In this document: positions 1 to 14,310 of the stretch, one piece after another | Layout of the letters: the number at the start of each line of letters is the position of its first letter | Numbering within the stretch: the stretch's first letter is position 1 | Source of the DNA: the human T2T-CHM13v2.0 reference genome, Homo sapiens | Assembly: GCF_009914755.1 (NCBI RefSeq) | Contig: NC_060929.1 | Length of the DNA stretch: 64,000 nucleotides | Strand: one strand, 5' to 3' | Notes under the pieces: generated by a model | Told to the model about the DNA's origin: nothing | Database searches by the model: none | What the model saw: the letters and a program-made list of their open reading frames with translations, nothing else | Program-made: the position numbers and the translations under genes

Positions 1-760
1 TCCACATGCCAGCACTGCAGCCACAGCAGCACGAGGGGCCGTCGCAGGTGCACGGGCCTCACAGCTTCACAGAGCAGAGCCATGCCAAACGCTCGCGGTG
101 AAAGGCAGCCTGTTTCTTCAGTACTGTTCCTTCGACAGGTCAGTCCTGAGCCCCAGGCTGTGTCCCAGGACACTGGGAGTCTGCTCCGCACTGGGGGACT
201 CAAAGTCCACACGGGACCCACAGGTGGTCAAGTGAACCAAACGCCCCACACCCTGACCCCCAGGTGTACATTCTGCACATTTTAATTCCGAGGTTGGGAA
301 TGCACCCTACGCCGCCAGGCACGCCGCCAGGCCGAGGTCTGCAGCAGCATTTCACTCTGTTGGTGTCCGAGGACCTCAGGGGCTGTGGACCATGCAGGCG
401 CTGCAGACAGTGATACATCGTGGGGGGCTCAGGAGAAGCAGGCTCCTGGGATCATTCCAACAAAAAGGTCCCCCTGCGTGCTCCGCCAGGACCCCACCTT
501 CCACCTCCAGCCAAAACAGGACCTTCACACATACCAGCACGCTTCCCATTCAGCCCAGGCCCTGAGACAGGCCCTCCGGAGCTGTGGCCCAGGGAAACGC
601 CAATCTCCCCGGACCTCCCGCCTGGTCTGAGTAAAAAGAATCCTGAAATTCAGGATCCGTGGCATTTCTAGCTGCTTGCATTTGTTTAACAAACATCTGC
701 AGAAAGCCAGTGGGGCCCTGGTGGAGAGCACCTCCCAAGCCCCCTGTGGTGGGAGCCCCA

Positions 761-1620
761 CCCCCAGCACATCCTGCATCAGGGGATCCTGCTACAAGAA
801 AGAGTCCCCAGCCTGCTGGCCCTTCCTACTCCGAACTGGCCGCAGATACAGGGAGCCCCCCAGCACATCCTGCATCAGGGGATCCTGCTACAAGAAAGAG
901 TCCCCAGCCTGCCGGCCCTTCCTACTCCGAACTGGCCGCAGATACAGGGAGCCCCCCAGCACATCCTGCATCAGGGGATCCTGCTACAAGAGTCCCCAGC
1001 CTGCCCGGCCCTTCCTACTCCGAACTGGCTGCAGATACAGGGAGCCCCCCAGCACATCCTGGCCCAAACCCTCAAAAGCTGCAGGAGCCCACAGCCTGCC
1101 CTGTACACCCTGCGCCACACTACCCGCAAATACAAGGTCCCCCACCTCCCCCGCCAGCCCAGAACATCCTGGCCCAAGTCCCACCCCCAGCCTGCCCTGT
1201 ACACCCTGCCCCACACTACCCGCAGATACAGGGGCCCCCCAGAACATCTTGGCCCAACCCCCTGGCCTGCCCTGTATACCCTGCCCTGCACTATCTACAG
1301 ATACTGGGACCCTCCCCCACCTCCCACTGCCGCCCACACACAACATCCTGGCCTAAGTCCCACCCACTTAGCTGCAGGAGCCCCTGGCCTGCCCTGTACA
1401 CCCTGCTCCACACTACGGGCAAATACAGGGGGCCCCCCGGAACATCCTGGCTCACCCCCACACCCCCGAGCTGCAGGAGTGCCTCTGTCCCCACAATTCT
1501 GGGTCTGCGCCACCATCTCCAGGGAGCCCACCAAGCACATCCTGGCCCTGTCCCTGGCTATGGGAGACCCTCCACCCAGGACATCCTGCTTCCCCCAGCT
1601 GCAGGGAGCCCCTGGACCAC
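761..1620. repeat. 96-bp VNTR (~3.3 near-perfect copies) fading into diverged related units
   Basis: CAGCACATCC recurs at 765, 861, 957 and 1050. Diverged units with ACATCCTGGCCC / CCTGCCCTGTACACCCTGC continue to ~1620. Confidence 0.9.
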
Positions 1621-3959
1621 CAGTAACGTCTGTGAGGCAAGGCTGACCCCTGCTCAGCCAGTGGGTAGAATGGGAGTGGGCAGGGGCTGTGGGCCCTGGC
1701 AAGTATGTCCACTCCTCTGAGTGCAGGGAGGTACAGAGGTGACCAGCCTGACGTGCAGCTGTGGACACAGAGGGAGGGCTGCTGGGGGCTGGAGGCCACT
1801 GCCCAGTGGCAGTTGTGGGGGAGGCAGAAATGACCTGATCGCTCTAAGGTGAGGGAGAGGAGAGCCCACTCTTTACAGAGACTTCCCCAATGGCACAGGC
1901 GCCACGTGGTCCTGGGGCCACTGACTGGGCAGACAGCCTGGCACAGGGACAGGACAGGTCTAGCCTGGGATGTGCTGAGCTTGATGGATGCATGGGACCC
2001 AGGAGGATGTCACAATGATGATTCACATGGCACACAGGTGACCATGACTCTTCCCTGATGGAGACAATGACTCACTGCTGCAGAAAGGTGGATCTAACCC
2101 CTCCAGGGTAGCCTAGGAGAACAAACAGACTCCACTCTAAGGAGCCCAGGCATTCCATGCTGATCCACGCCTGCCCAGCCCGGCGGCATCCCCACTGTCT
2201 GTGCATGGACACCAGCCCTCCCTGGCTCCAGGGCCCTTGCCCTCCAGTACCTTGGCCCAGCTTTGGTTCTACCCCAAGGGTTTTAAAACATTTAGAACTG
2301 GGAGAGAAACTGTTTTCTTTCTTTCCTTTTTTTTTTTTAAGCTTGTATGTGGCAAATATCTTTAAGAGGAAATAACTCACTCCTCTGGCTCTAAGAGGGA
2401 AGTGTGAAATTCAAGAGTAAAATCAAGGTTTGGAAAAGGCTGCTGTCCCCAGGTACCAGCCCCCACCCCAGCAGTGTCTCCCCACACAGGGGACGAGGGC
2501 ACAGGGGATGAGGTTAGAGGGCCACCAGTCACAGCAGAGGAAAGACCACACTGAGGGAAGCTGGGAGCTGACTGTGCTGGAAGTTCAAGAACAGCACCTC
2601 ACCTTTAACACACCTAAGCTCATGCTGCTGGCACATGGCTGAGAAGCCAGGGATGCATTGGTTTTAATACAGCAAAAAGTATCCCCCAGGGTTGCAAAAT
2701 GACGTGGGTTTCACAGGGACAAACAGTGATCACATTAGAAAATAATGTTATTTCCAAACACAAGCCTAGCATCATGCTTTTTTCCTGGGCTCATTTTCAG
2801 AATGATTCACAGCTAGATTAAAGGTTTACACTGGAAATGCTGGAAACAGTAACCGGGAATGGTAAGCATGCCCCAGCACCCACAGGAGGCCCACAGGACT
2901 GGGAGGGGACGGTCGCGGCTCCTGGCCATCCTGAGAACCATAGCACTTTTGTCATGGGCCGCGTGGGGATGAGGGCCCTGGAAACAGGAAGAGGAAGGTC
3001 AGGAGGGCTCCTCCTGCAGTCTCTGTGTCAGAGGCAGGGACATGGCTTAGCAAGACAGGTGACCTCGTGGAAGCCTAGCTTGGACACTCCCAACCAGTCA
3101 TGTCCAAGCAGTACAGCACAGGGCGCCTTCTCAGACAAGAGCGGTGAGACGGAGTGGGACAGGGAGCCACGTTCTCCGCTGCCTGGGCCCTCCCAGCACT
3201 CAAGGGCGCTCTGCCCCTGCGGGCACAGGAGGCACCGGGCATGGGCCAGACACCCAGCAAGTGTGGTAGTCGAGTCCCGCGCCCGGCTCCTGCAGCAGGG
3301 CTCCTGAGTGGCCACTTTTTCAGGCACAAAATCCTAACATGTTTATATGAGAAATAGATAATTCAACTGCAAAAAAAAAAAAGCCAATGTTAGGAAGAAA
3401 CGATTTAAATAAAATGGAAGCAAGTAGTGACCATAGCTTGACATTTTCTAAAGACTACAGTTCGTCTAGGAACAGAGGCGACGTGTCAAATTCAAGAGTA
3501 AAATCAAGGTTTGGAAAAGGCCGCTGTTCCCAGACAGGAGCCCCCACCCCTGGCAGTGCCTCCCCACACGGGGGACGAGGGGACAAGGGGACGAGGTCGG
3601 AGGGCTCAGGAGAGCCGCATCCGGAATGCATTCTGAACGCAGCTGTGGGCCGCCTGCCTCCTCTTACTAAAGAAAGTGGACATCAGAGAGGAAGCATTTG
3701 CAAAGTCTGATGACGGCTCACATGGACTAATGCAGAAGTGAACCCGCAGGGCTGACGGACGCCTCAGGGTTCTCGCCCCACTCTGAGCACGGCCCTGCGG
3801 CCTCTCTCGAGCCCACCCACTCCTGACCCTGGGTCCCACAGGGTGGGGGATGCACCGTGGCCCCATGCATGGGATGAAGGGCTTGGGCCGGGTGACTGGC
3901 TGGACGCCTTCCAGAGAAAAGGCAATGCGTGGTTTAAAGCGGAAAAAAAACACAGCTGA

Positions 3960-4335
<376 letters not shown>

Positions 4336-6274
4336 CACAGTAAAAACTTAAAATGCACCTGCTGCGGCCAGCACCGACCATGGCTGTGAACAGCAAGCAG
4401 AGGCAGGAGCAGAACCCACATGGCCCTGTGTTCCAGTGGGAGGAAGGAGCAGTCCTGAGTGCCAATGACGATAGGGGGCCGGACCCAGGCAAGAGGCCAG
4501 CATCATTCTGAAATGCGTAAAAACATGTGCTCCTTTAGAGTTCCGGAGCCACGACCACAGGCAGTGAAGGAGGCGCCCTGGGTGTCATCTCCTGTCTGGG
4601 AACGGAAAGGTGTTGTCTCACTTGGGCTGATGTGAGAAAGGAACCGTGCCTGCAGGAAGCGTGCAGAGCAGGGTGCATGAGTGGGGGAAGAAAGCAGCTC
4701 CCATGGCTCACGCCAGCCTGGCGTCCTGAAACAGACCCAGAAGCTGCAGAGTTTTAAAAGTTGGCACAGATGCGTGCTGACAATATAAGATAAAGGGCTC
4801 TTTCTCACGATGAAACAGGAGTGCAAAGACAGTGTCCGTTTAAGACGAACTTTGGGTCACAATCACGGGTTTCTGCATGAAACTGATGGTGCTTTGCTGT
4901 CAGCTGTAAAACAAAACTATGTGCGTGAGCTTCTGTGTGTATGTGGGTATGCTTATGTGGATGTTTGTGTACACTCGCATGTATATGCCTGTGTATGCAC
5001 TTATGTATATGTGTATGCATGTGTGTACACACATATTCTCATACACACACTCATATTAGAAACCCAAGTTTTAGGACAGAATGCTATAAAAAATGAAAAG
5101 TAAAGTCTTTTCCGATTTTGAACCCCCCTTCCCATTTTGCAAAGTTAACCACAACTAAGTTTCACGAGTGCGTCATTCGGAAAATTCATTCGGAAAATTA
5201 GACAGGATTACAGGAACGCTCTCGATGACTTTGAGAAAAAAGCCAGTTCCCTAAGGTCAGGGCTCCTTGTGAGGTGAGGGCAGGCATCCATGCTAAGCCA
5301 GCCCACGCTGCCCTCCCTGCCTGGGAGACGGCACAGCAGCTGGGCCTCTGTGTCCTCACCTGTGCTTCCTGGGGCAAAGGATGACAGTGACCAGAGGCGA
5401 GGACATGGGAAAATGACGCTTGGGCCTCTACTGGGCCAAAACAGTTGGCACCATCACACCCAGGTCATCAGAAGGCAGCTGGGGGCCATGGGCCTGGCAC
5501 CGTCTCCAAGGCCTCTGAGGCATCCAGGGAGACAGCAGGCCCTGTACAGCCCTGGCCTTCTCCATCCTCCCCAAGGGACAGGCACTCTCCTGCACATCCT
5601 CCACAGGGTGTGGCTGCCCTGTGCTCCCACCGGGTACACTGCCCAGGGCTCCTTGGCCCACCCCACCCCTCCACATCCACTGCCCGGCAATGGGGCTGAG
5701 CGAAGAGCCAGTCTTACTGAATCCAGGCAGGCAGCACCCAGGGACCCAGTGGGCAGCAGGAGCAGCTCAGAGAAGCCTGAGGAACCCCCATCCCCGTGCA
5801 TGTGTGCCTGGAGGGCACCAAGGGTCAAGAACACACTGCAAACACAGCCATCCACGTGAGGAGCCTGGCAACGTGTGCAGGCACACGAATTCCTGTTCTG
5901 CAGTGGCCATGCTGGACTCAGGAGCGAGGCTGAGAGGGCGGAGTCCTGCTCCTGAGTTTTTTTAAAAAATCACAACTCAGGTATTTGTATAAAAATGTGG
6001 AGAAAAAGATGGCCCACTTTTGGGTAAATTCTATGCAGGGCCACCAGGCAGGGAGGGGCAGAATCTGTCCCTGGACTCAACCCTCATCATAATCCTCTCT
6101 GTGGATTAGCCAGCGTGGGCAGGCGGGCACCCAGCAGCCTCCTCCACTCTGAGACAGCAACGCCCGTCCAAGGACTCAGCTCCAAGGTGCACAGGAAGGC
6201 ATTATGCTTTCCAGGATGTAAGTTCTTGCCAACTCTGGTTCCGAGCAGCAGAGACTTTAGAAATGGGGAAAATG

Positions 6275-6771
<497 letters not shown>

Positions 6772-8579
6772 TTACCGCTCTCTACTAAATCTATATCCTT
6801 GCTTTAGCCAGAGGATTAAAACATTGCACGTATTACAGACCCTGATGGCTTTGATACCTCTTTTCAGATCTTAATGTGCTGTTTTCTGTCCAAAGAGATA
6901 CTTAAGCTCCTCACTAAATCTGTAGTTAAATGACAGATGGGCTGGCTGGAGGAGGAGGTGTCCCCGCATGGCGCTAATCCGAAGACACACAGCAGCCCCT
7001 CCCAGGCGGCAAATGCTCACAGGTAAATGCAGGTACTCACTGGTTTATCTCAACTGGGAACTTAGCTGGGTTTCTGCGGGTTCTTGAGTGTGTCAGCCAC
7101 TACTGGACCCATTTCTTTCTTTGGGGAAGAAGGCTTTCTTGGCTTGAAAGATAGGCTATTTCACTCTGTGGAAACTTTACAAGAATATATCACATCAAAG
7201 TAAAAGCTTTGCAAAGCAATGCTTGGTGAAAAGCAAAATGTTTCTGCAGAGAACTTTGAGAACGTTTACAAACTAAACCCTTGAGCCACACATTGCAGAC
7301 ATCCAGCAGAAACGACTGGATGTACAAACACACCTAATTCCTCAGATGGAACCTCTGAAGTGGCAACAAAGCAAGCCCCCTCTCTGAGAGGCCCCAACAC
7401 CTCAAGCCAGGATCTCTGCCTGGCTTCGGCCCAAGGGAGAACAGCTGCCCAAAGCCTTCAATCTCGGGACCGGGAGCCTCTCGATGACCCCCTGCCCAAG
7501 AGCCACTGGGAGCAGCTTGCACCCTGAGGTCTCGGGGAGGAAAGCAGGCCCCTCTGGGCACTCTGGCAGTGCCCTGACATCTGTACCTACCCATGAGAGT
7601 CTCTGCCCTGCTTCTCGCCAGGGCAGTGGGTGCACACTTTTGGACAGAACACACCTCAACCGGGGGCTGCAACTATGACAGGGATGACGAAGTGGCCTCC
7701 GGGGACCTCCAGGGAGGGGCTTGATGTTTCCCCCCAGGGAGCCAGGAGGGAGTAGGAAAGGCAGGAAGAGAGAGCATGCCTGAGGCAGCCATAGCTGGGG
7801 CAGGAGCAGGGCTGGGGAAGCCCTGGAAACCACAGCAGGGGTTCGAATTTCATCCGGGGGCGTCCCCGCTGAGGGCTTCCGAGCAGCAGAGTGCAGGAGG
7901 AAGAAAGCCTGCTGGGAGTGACTCAGGGAGAGTGACCAGGGAGAGAGCCTGGTGGCTGGGTGGGGGTGAGGATTGAAGAGGAGGAATGGTTGAGGGGCAC
8001 AGAATGAGCGACCGTGTCCCAAGTCCTCCTTTGAGGGGCACAGCACACGGCAGCTGACAGCGTGGGGTAGACAGAGGGCCAGGCAGAGCGGCGGCAGAGG
8101 GGCCGGCACCGCCCCAGCCCCAGAGTCCAGCTCCCGACACACAGGGAGACGGGGGCCAGGGCCTGGGAGCCAGGCTGGGGACGACCTCACCCTGTGTGTC
8201 ACCAGGAGGGGCGGCACCATCGGGCTCTCCTGCTCCCCGTCCCCTTCCATACCCTGAGGACCAGCCGCATCAAGGGGCTTTGAGCAAAAGCAGGCGTCCT
8301 GGGAAAATGACAACCTCAAACTGGCCTCAAGAACTTTTCACTTCAGGGTTCTTTCAGATAAAGTACTTTATGCATTAACAAATCTCCATCTTCCCGGAAA
8401 TCTATTCTCACAATTGGAAGCGTGCTCCCTACAAACCGGACAGCCCCATAGGCCCCGAAACAGTGCTTGCTTCTAGGAATTATTCTAGAGTCAAAAGTAA
8501 GGTCCTCTTGAGAGTGGATCTCAGGTAACTGTAAGCCCAGCTGGCAGCCAGGTAGCCGGAAAAGCCAGGCTGAGCCAGC

Positions 8580-10170
8580 ACATCCCCGGTGCAGCTTCCT
8601 GCAGCGAGCGGCCCCCTCCCCACGACGCCCCCGGGTCTCCCCTCACCACTGTCCCATCGCAGGATCTCAGCAAACCGTTCCCTCCCACGTGGCAGCCCAG
8701 GTTGCATAAAGTTGATTCGGGTCAGACCAGCCCCGAGAAAGCATCCCTTACAACAGGAGCGAAGCATGCACCCCAGAAGGCAACGTGCGGCCGCAGAGCA
8801 GGGAGACCCGTGCGCCTACAGGGGACCCTACAGGGGACCCGCACCGCCCGCGCGCCCTGTCCCGGGCACCACCAGGCCCCGCACACGAGGCTCACCCAGC
8901 GCCGCGGTGCCCTCCCGCCCGCGGGCCGCGTCCAGGCAAAGCCGCTCCGGAGTCCCCGGGCTGCGCGCAGGGCCTGCCAAGGCGGGCGGGGCCCGGACCA
9001 GGGACGAGCGCGGGGACCGGCGATGCGGGTCCAGCCTCCCGCGGGAGCCGAGGTCGGGGCTCTGGGAGGCAGAGAAAGGGTTGTGGGCCCGGTTCAGGGT
9101 GCAGGGGTCTGGGGGGAGGAGGAGAACGCGGGGCGGGGATGGGAAGCGGGGACCCCGAGGAAGGCGCTGAGGGACCAGGATGCGCGTGCGGGCGGCGGGA
9201 AGCCGGCGCCGGGACCGAGGCATCGGGTGCGGGCGGCGGGGACGCGAACTGAGGGGCGGCCGCGGGGAGGGAAGGCGCCGCGGCTCGCAGGGCCGCGCCG
9301 CGCCCCAGGCCCCCTCCCCGGCCCCTCCTCGGCCGCGCCTCCCTGGCCCCAGCATCCCTGGCGTCCGCGCCGGCTCCCGGGGCCGCGCGCCCTGGGCACC
9401 CACCTGGGCCTTCTGCAGGGCGCTGAGGCGCAGCTCGTGCACGAAGGGGTTCCGCCCCGGGGGCGCCAGCAGCCGAGCGTCGCTGGCCCCTGCGCTGGAG
9501 GCAGGGGCGGCCCGGGGTCCGCATCCCCGCAGCCTCATGGCCGCGCCGTCCCGCGGCGAGCGCAGCCGAGCTGCCTGGGGCGCCGAGCGGGGCCGGGGCT
9601 AGCTGGGCGCGGGTCTCGGGGCGCGGGCCGAGGATGCGCGGCGGCTGGAGCGGGCCGGGCGCGCAGGCGCGGGAGGTGACGTGGGCGGAGCGGGAGCGCC
9701 GGCCGGGGCGGGGCGTCCCTGGAAGCCTCGCCTCCCGCCGGCCGGCAGGGGCGGCACCAGCCGGAGTTCCGCTACCTGGTGGTTTCTCTGGGGTCTGTGG
9801 GGGGCCGGGGCCGTTGGGGACCGGGGGCGCCTCCTGCAGCCACTGGAGCACAGGGATCCCCGGCAGGGTCTGCGCCAGGAGAAAGGGAGGTCCCCCGGGC
9901 CCGCGAGGCTGCCACGTCGTCCCCTTCCGCCGCTCGGCCCGCCTGCTCGCGGGGAGGGAGGAAGGGGCGGGCACGCGTCCAGCTTACGCGCAAGGCGGGC
10001 CAGGCCCTGGGTGCCGAGCCCCGGGCTGTTCCGGCGAAGGCCCCACGCCATTCTTCTTATTCGTTGGGCTCCTAGCTCGCACCGGCGACCCTGGAAGCTG
10101 CCGCGGGCTGAGGGAGCTTCTTCCAGCCGCGCCTCAGCCCAGGCGACTCCCGCCTGAGGTCCACTCGACC
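8580..10170. promoter_or_regulatory. LPCAT1: CpG island / LPCAT1 promoter and 5' UTR
   Basis: Very high GC and CpG density spanning exon 1. GC boxes at ~9683 (GGGCGG) and ~9705 (GGGGCGGGGC), NRF1-like GCGCAGGCGC at 9661-9670, no evident TATA box. Confidence 0.9.
9404..9538 (-). CDS. LPCAT1: LPCAT1 (lysophosphatidylcholine acyltransferase 1) coding exon 1, codons 1-45; the rest of the gene lies left of the window
   Basis: Translates to MRLRGCGPRAAPASSAGASDARLLAPPGRNPFVHELRLSALQKAQ, matching the recalled human LPCAT1 N-terminus. ATG is in GCGGCCATG context, with an in-frame TAG 63 nt upstream (9601-9599). Ends at donor CAG|GTGGGT (GT at 9403-9402); 135 nt, phase 0. Confidence 0.96.
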
Positions 10171-11409
10171 TTAGGACCCCCCAGACCTCGGGATCCCCTC
10201 AGATCTCAGGACCCCTCAAGCCTCAGGACCCCCTCAGACCTCAGGACCCCTCCGATCTCAGGACCTCTCAGGCCTCAGGCCCCGCAGGGATGGCCCAGGC
10301 AGGAGGCGCACATAGGGGCCCTGACTGTCCGTGCTGGTTGTGCAGGGGCTGCGATGAGATCCCAGCGCTTTCTCACCCGTAGCTGCTTTGGCTCGGGCAT
10401 TGCCCTTGTGGTGCTCAGGAGCCGTGTGAGGAGCCCCAGGGTGGGGCCCATAATTAGCCGGAGCGAGAGTAGGATGGGCTCCTGCCTCCGGGTGAACACG
10501 CTTGGATTTCAGAACTCACGCAGGCCTTCGGTCACAGTGCTCACGGCTTCCTCACCCCGGCTGGCCCTGTTGGTTCCTTCATGGCCAACGGACCTCACCC
10601 AGACAGAGCCGGTTTGGGCCACCTGGCCAACCCCCCAGGGTCCTGGCTCCTGGGGATGTCACTGCTGTGTTGGCCCCAGCTGGGCCCCATCCTCAGCAGA
10701 CGCCAGGGAGTGCCCCGACCCCTCCAATGACCCTGCCTGCGCCCTTGTGGACCTCATAGTGCAGCGGGCTGGCAGAGACCCTTCTGTGTCTGAGACCTGG
10801 GTGAGGGCCAGGGGTCTGTGCCATCCACATATCATGCACAGAGAAGGCCCCGGCAGGCCAGACCCGCTGCATGGCCTTATTCCTGCCCCATAAGAGTCCC
10901 AGCCCATATTCCTGCCCCATAAGAGTCCCAGCCCATGCCTAGCAGCAGCACCTGTCCCAAGTGCCACACCCACGGGGATGGGGTGAGCCCTGTGTGCTGG
11001 TGGGCATTGGTGGCTCTGTGGCCCAGCCACCAGCGTTGCACCCACCTCCTGGGCTTTTAGTGGCCACTTGCTCTGATCCCCAAAACCAGAGCCCAGCACC
11101 CGAGGCCACCCAAGGCTCCTCACCGAACTGATCATCAAGAAAGCCCAGGACACAAAGCCTGCCAGCCACAGGGCAGCACCTGCACCCCAGCGATCCAGGC
11201 GGCCCCACCTGCTGCCTGAGTGCTCTGGAGAGGAGGGGCCCTAGGGTGTCCCAGTCCTGGGATGAGAGCAGCCTCAGGACTGGACTTGGAGAGCCATGAA
11301 AGTGGGGTCCTCCCAGAAGCACAGGCCAGGAAGCGGTGTGTGGCGGAGGGGAAACCTGCTGGAGATGGTGCAGAGCCAGATTCAATGGGGAGAGCTGCCA
11401 GAGAGTCAT

Positions 11410-11765
11410 GGCTGTGTCCCCAGAAGATGCAAAAGTCCTAACCCACAGCACCTGTGGCTGCGACCTTATTTGGAAACAGGGTCTTTGCAGATGATCAGGT
11501 TAAGAGGAAGTCATTAGGGTGGGCCCTAGTCTGAAATGGCTTGTGTCCCTATAGAGAGGGAGATTCGGTCTCAGAGACAGACACAGAGAGAGCTCCATGG
11601 GAAGGCCAGGGTTCTGCTGCTACAGGCAAGCAGTTCCCAGGAGCTGGAGAGGCCTGGAGCAGGTCCTCTCTAGTGCCCTCAGAGGGAGCCTAGGCCTAGG
11701 GTGCCATGATCGCAGGCTTCTGGCCTCCAGACTGGGAGAGAATAAATTTCTTCTGCTTTAACCTG
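11410..11765 (+). mobile_element. MLT1-type MaLR LTR
   Basis: Contains MLT1 hallmarks GACCTTATTTGGAAACAGGGTCTTTGCAGATG and TTCTGGCCTCCAGACTG...AATAAATTTC. Confidence 0.8.
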
Positions 11766-14001
11766 CAGAGTGCAAAGTGAGTTGGAACCCAGGGAAGGAG
11801 GTGGGGAGGCTGGGGGAAGAACCTCATACTGCCCGGCAATCTAAGCAGGGTCAGCAGGTTGTCCTTGAGCCAAGGTCGGTGGAAAGAGGAGTCCCTCTCC
11901 CAGAGGGGTCTTAGGTGGAGCCACTGTGGGCAGCGTGGCCTTGGTGTAGAAGCTCAGTGGATCCTTGGGTCACAGGCACCATGTGGAGGAGGCGCAGAGG
12001 CCCAGCTCCGGGGTCAGTACACAAAGGGGCACAGCTGGGAGGGTGGGTGTGACAGGGCCAAGGGCTGTGCAGAGCAGGGGGCAGGACTGGGGCACACTCG
12101 TCCTCACCAAGCAGAACCCAAGAAGGCCCCAGAGAGCGGCCAAGGAGCGGAGGTCCCCAGAGGGGCTGAGTCCACGGAACTGCCCCATCCAGGAGGACTG
12201 GCCAGGAGAGAACTGGGAAGGCCAGCCAGTGGTAGTAGCAAGGGTGGAGACCACCACCCTGCAGGGTGCTGTGGAGTGGGCAGGAGTTACAGAGGTTCTT
12301 TCCCAGCTACCTGAGAAAGGAGGAAGCGTGATGGGCAGGAGGAGGAAAATGGATGCTTGGCAGGAGGCTGGGATCCAGGGCAGCAGCTCAAGGAAGGGGC
12401 CCAGGACATGTTCCTGGGTGGAAGGCAACAGGCCAGCCTCACAGGAGACGTTGAAAACCCCTGTGAGAGGGGGTGTCATGGGCCCATCTCAGTCTGGAAG
12501 GATTCTGCGCTCAGAGGAAGGAAAGGCCTGGGGCCCGGAGCGGGGACTCCTTCTCTGCTGCAGCTGGAAGGGGTTGGATGGTCCACAGGGCACGTGCCCA
12601 GGGGGTGGGGAGCTGGGGCACTCTTGTGTGTGGGAGTCAGTTTTCTCCTGGGGACTGCGAGGGGTGGGGGAGAGGGGCTGCTTATGGGGAAATCAGCGCA
12701 AGCGTGGAGGAGCAGCAAGGAAATTCCTCCACCCACACTGGGCCTTCACACTTAGGCTTTGGTTCTGCTATGTAATGGAACGTTCTTAAGACCTGGAGGG
12801 TCTGGAAGCTTGACTAAGAGAAGTTGGTCTTGGGTGGGGAGGTATAAGCAGTTTTCTCTGTCTAGCAGGGGAAACATGAGTTTCTCATTAGGACTTAGTT
12901 TTGGGAAAACCACCCTAAGGGCCCTTTAGCTACAAAGGGAGCCCCCACTGTGGTTCTCAGGAACCTCCTGGAAGCCCCCCACAGCTCCCTGGGGCTGGTA
13001 ACCACACCCCTGAGGCTTCTTGCTCTGGTTTTGTCTCTGTTTTAAGAGTGTAAGCTCACAGAGAAGTGTTTCCTATACTCCAAGTGCATTGAGAACACAA
13101 GGTACCTGCTTGTTCTGGTAAGGCTGAGTATTTTTGTTTTGTTTGTTTAATTTTTGAATTTTAGAGTTATCTATAGGATAGAAAGAGATATTCTCCTTCA
13201 TTTTCTACTAACATCTTTTTTCAGTTCTGCCTTTCATGGTTGCATTTTATTCTATTTGAAGATTTTTTTCTCTGCATGGAGACCTGATATTCTCAACACC
13301 ACGTATCAATCACAGACTCCCACTTGTGGGTCCACTTCCAGCATGAACAGAAAGAAGGGTTCCTGAAGCTCCTTCTGGCTGCCCCATCTCACCCATTGGT
13401 CCGTGTACTCCTTTACTCCCGTCTCACCCGCCGGTCCGCGTACTCCTTTACTCCTGTCTCACACCTTTCAACCGTCTGCCTTAGTAACTGTAGAGGGGGT
13501 TCCTTCCTGTTGGCGCTTCTTCCCAAGAATTGTAGTAGGAATTCAGGGAATTTTATTTTTCCATCCAAATTTTGGAAGCAGTTGTCCCCATTGCTAAAAA
13601 TTCCCGCTGGAAGCTTCCTTTTGAATCACATTAATTGTACAGGGTACTTCAGTAAGAATGTTACTTCATTCTTACTGTTCATTCTCCCTGTTCCCTAAGA
13701 ATGTTACTTCAGTAAGAGCTGGCTGGTCCTGGGAGGGGCCCTTGAAGGGCCAGCAAGGCTCCAAGGCTCCAAGGCTTCAAAGCACTAGAAAATACAAAAA
13801 AAAAATTTTTTAAATGGATGATGTGGCATGGACACTTTATAATTTTGAGAACGATTTTTCACCAACATGGTTATTCTACCATTTATTTAGATGTTCTTTC
13901 ATGCCCTTTGATAGCATTTTAAATTTTTCTACATAAAGATTCTGTATTTTTGTTAATTCCTTGATGCTTCATACTTCTGCAGTGATGTAATAATCGTTTC
14001 A

Positions 14002-14310
<309 letters not shown>

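Noticed and set aside
659-1720. 353-aa proline-rich repeat protein
   Set aside because: It is the translation of a 96-bp VNTR antisense within LPCAT1 intron 1, with a non-ATG start.
8589-10893. Multiple 200-420-aa overlapping ORFs around the CpG island
   Set aside because: Stop-codon scarcity in very GC-rich DNA explains them; they are Pro/Arg/Gly/Ala-rich. Only 9538-9404 matches a known protein and ends at a splice donor.
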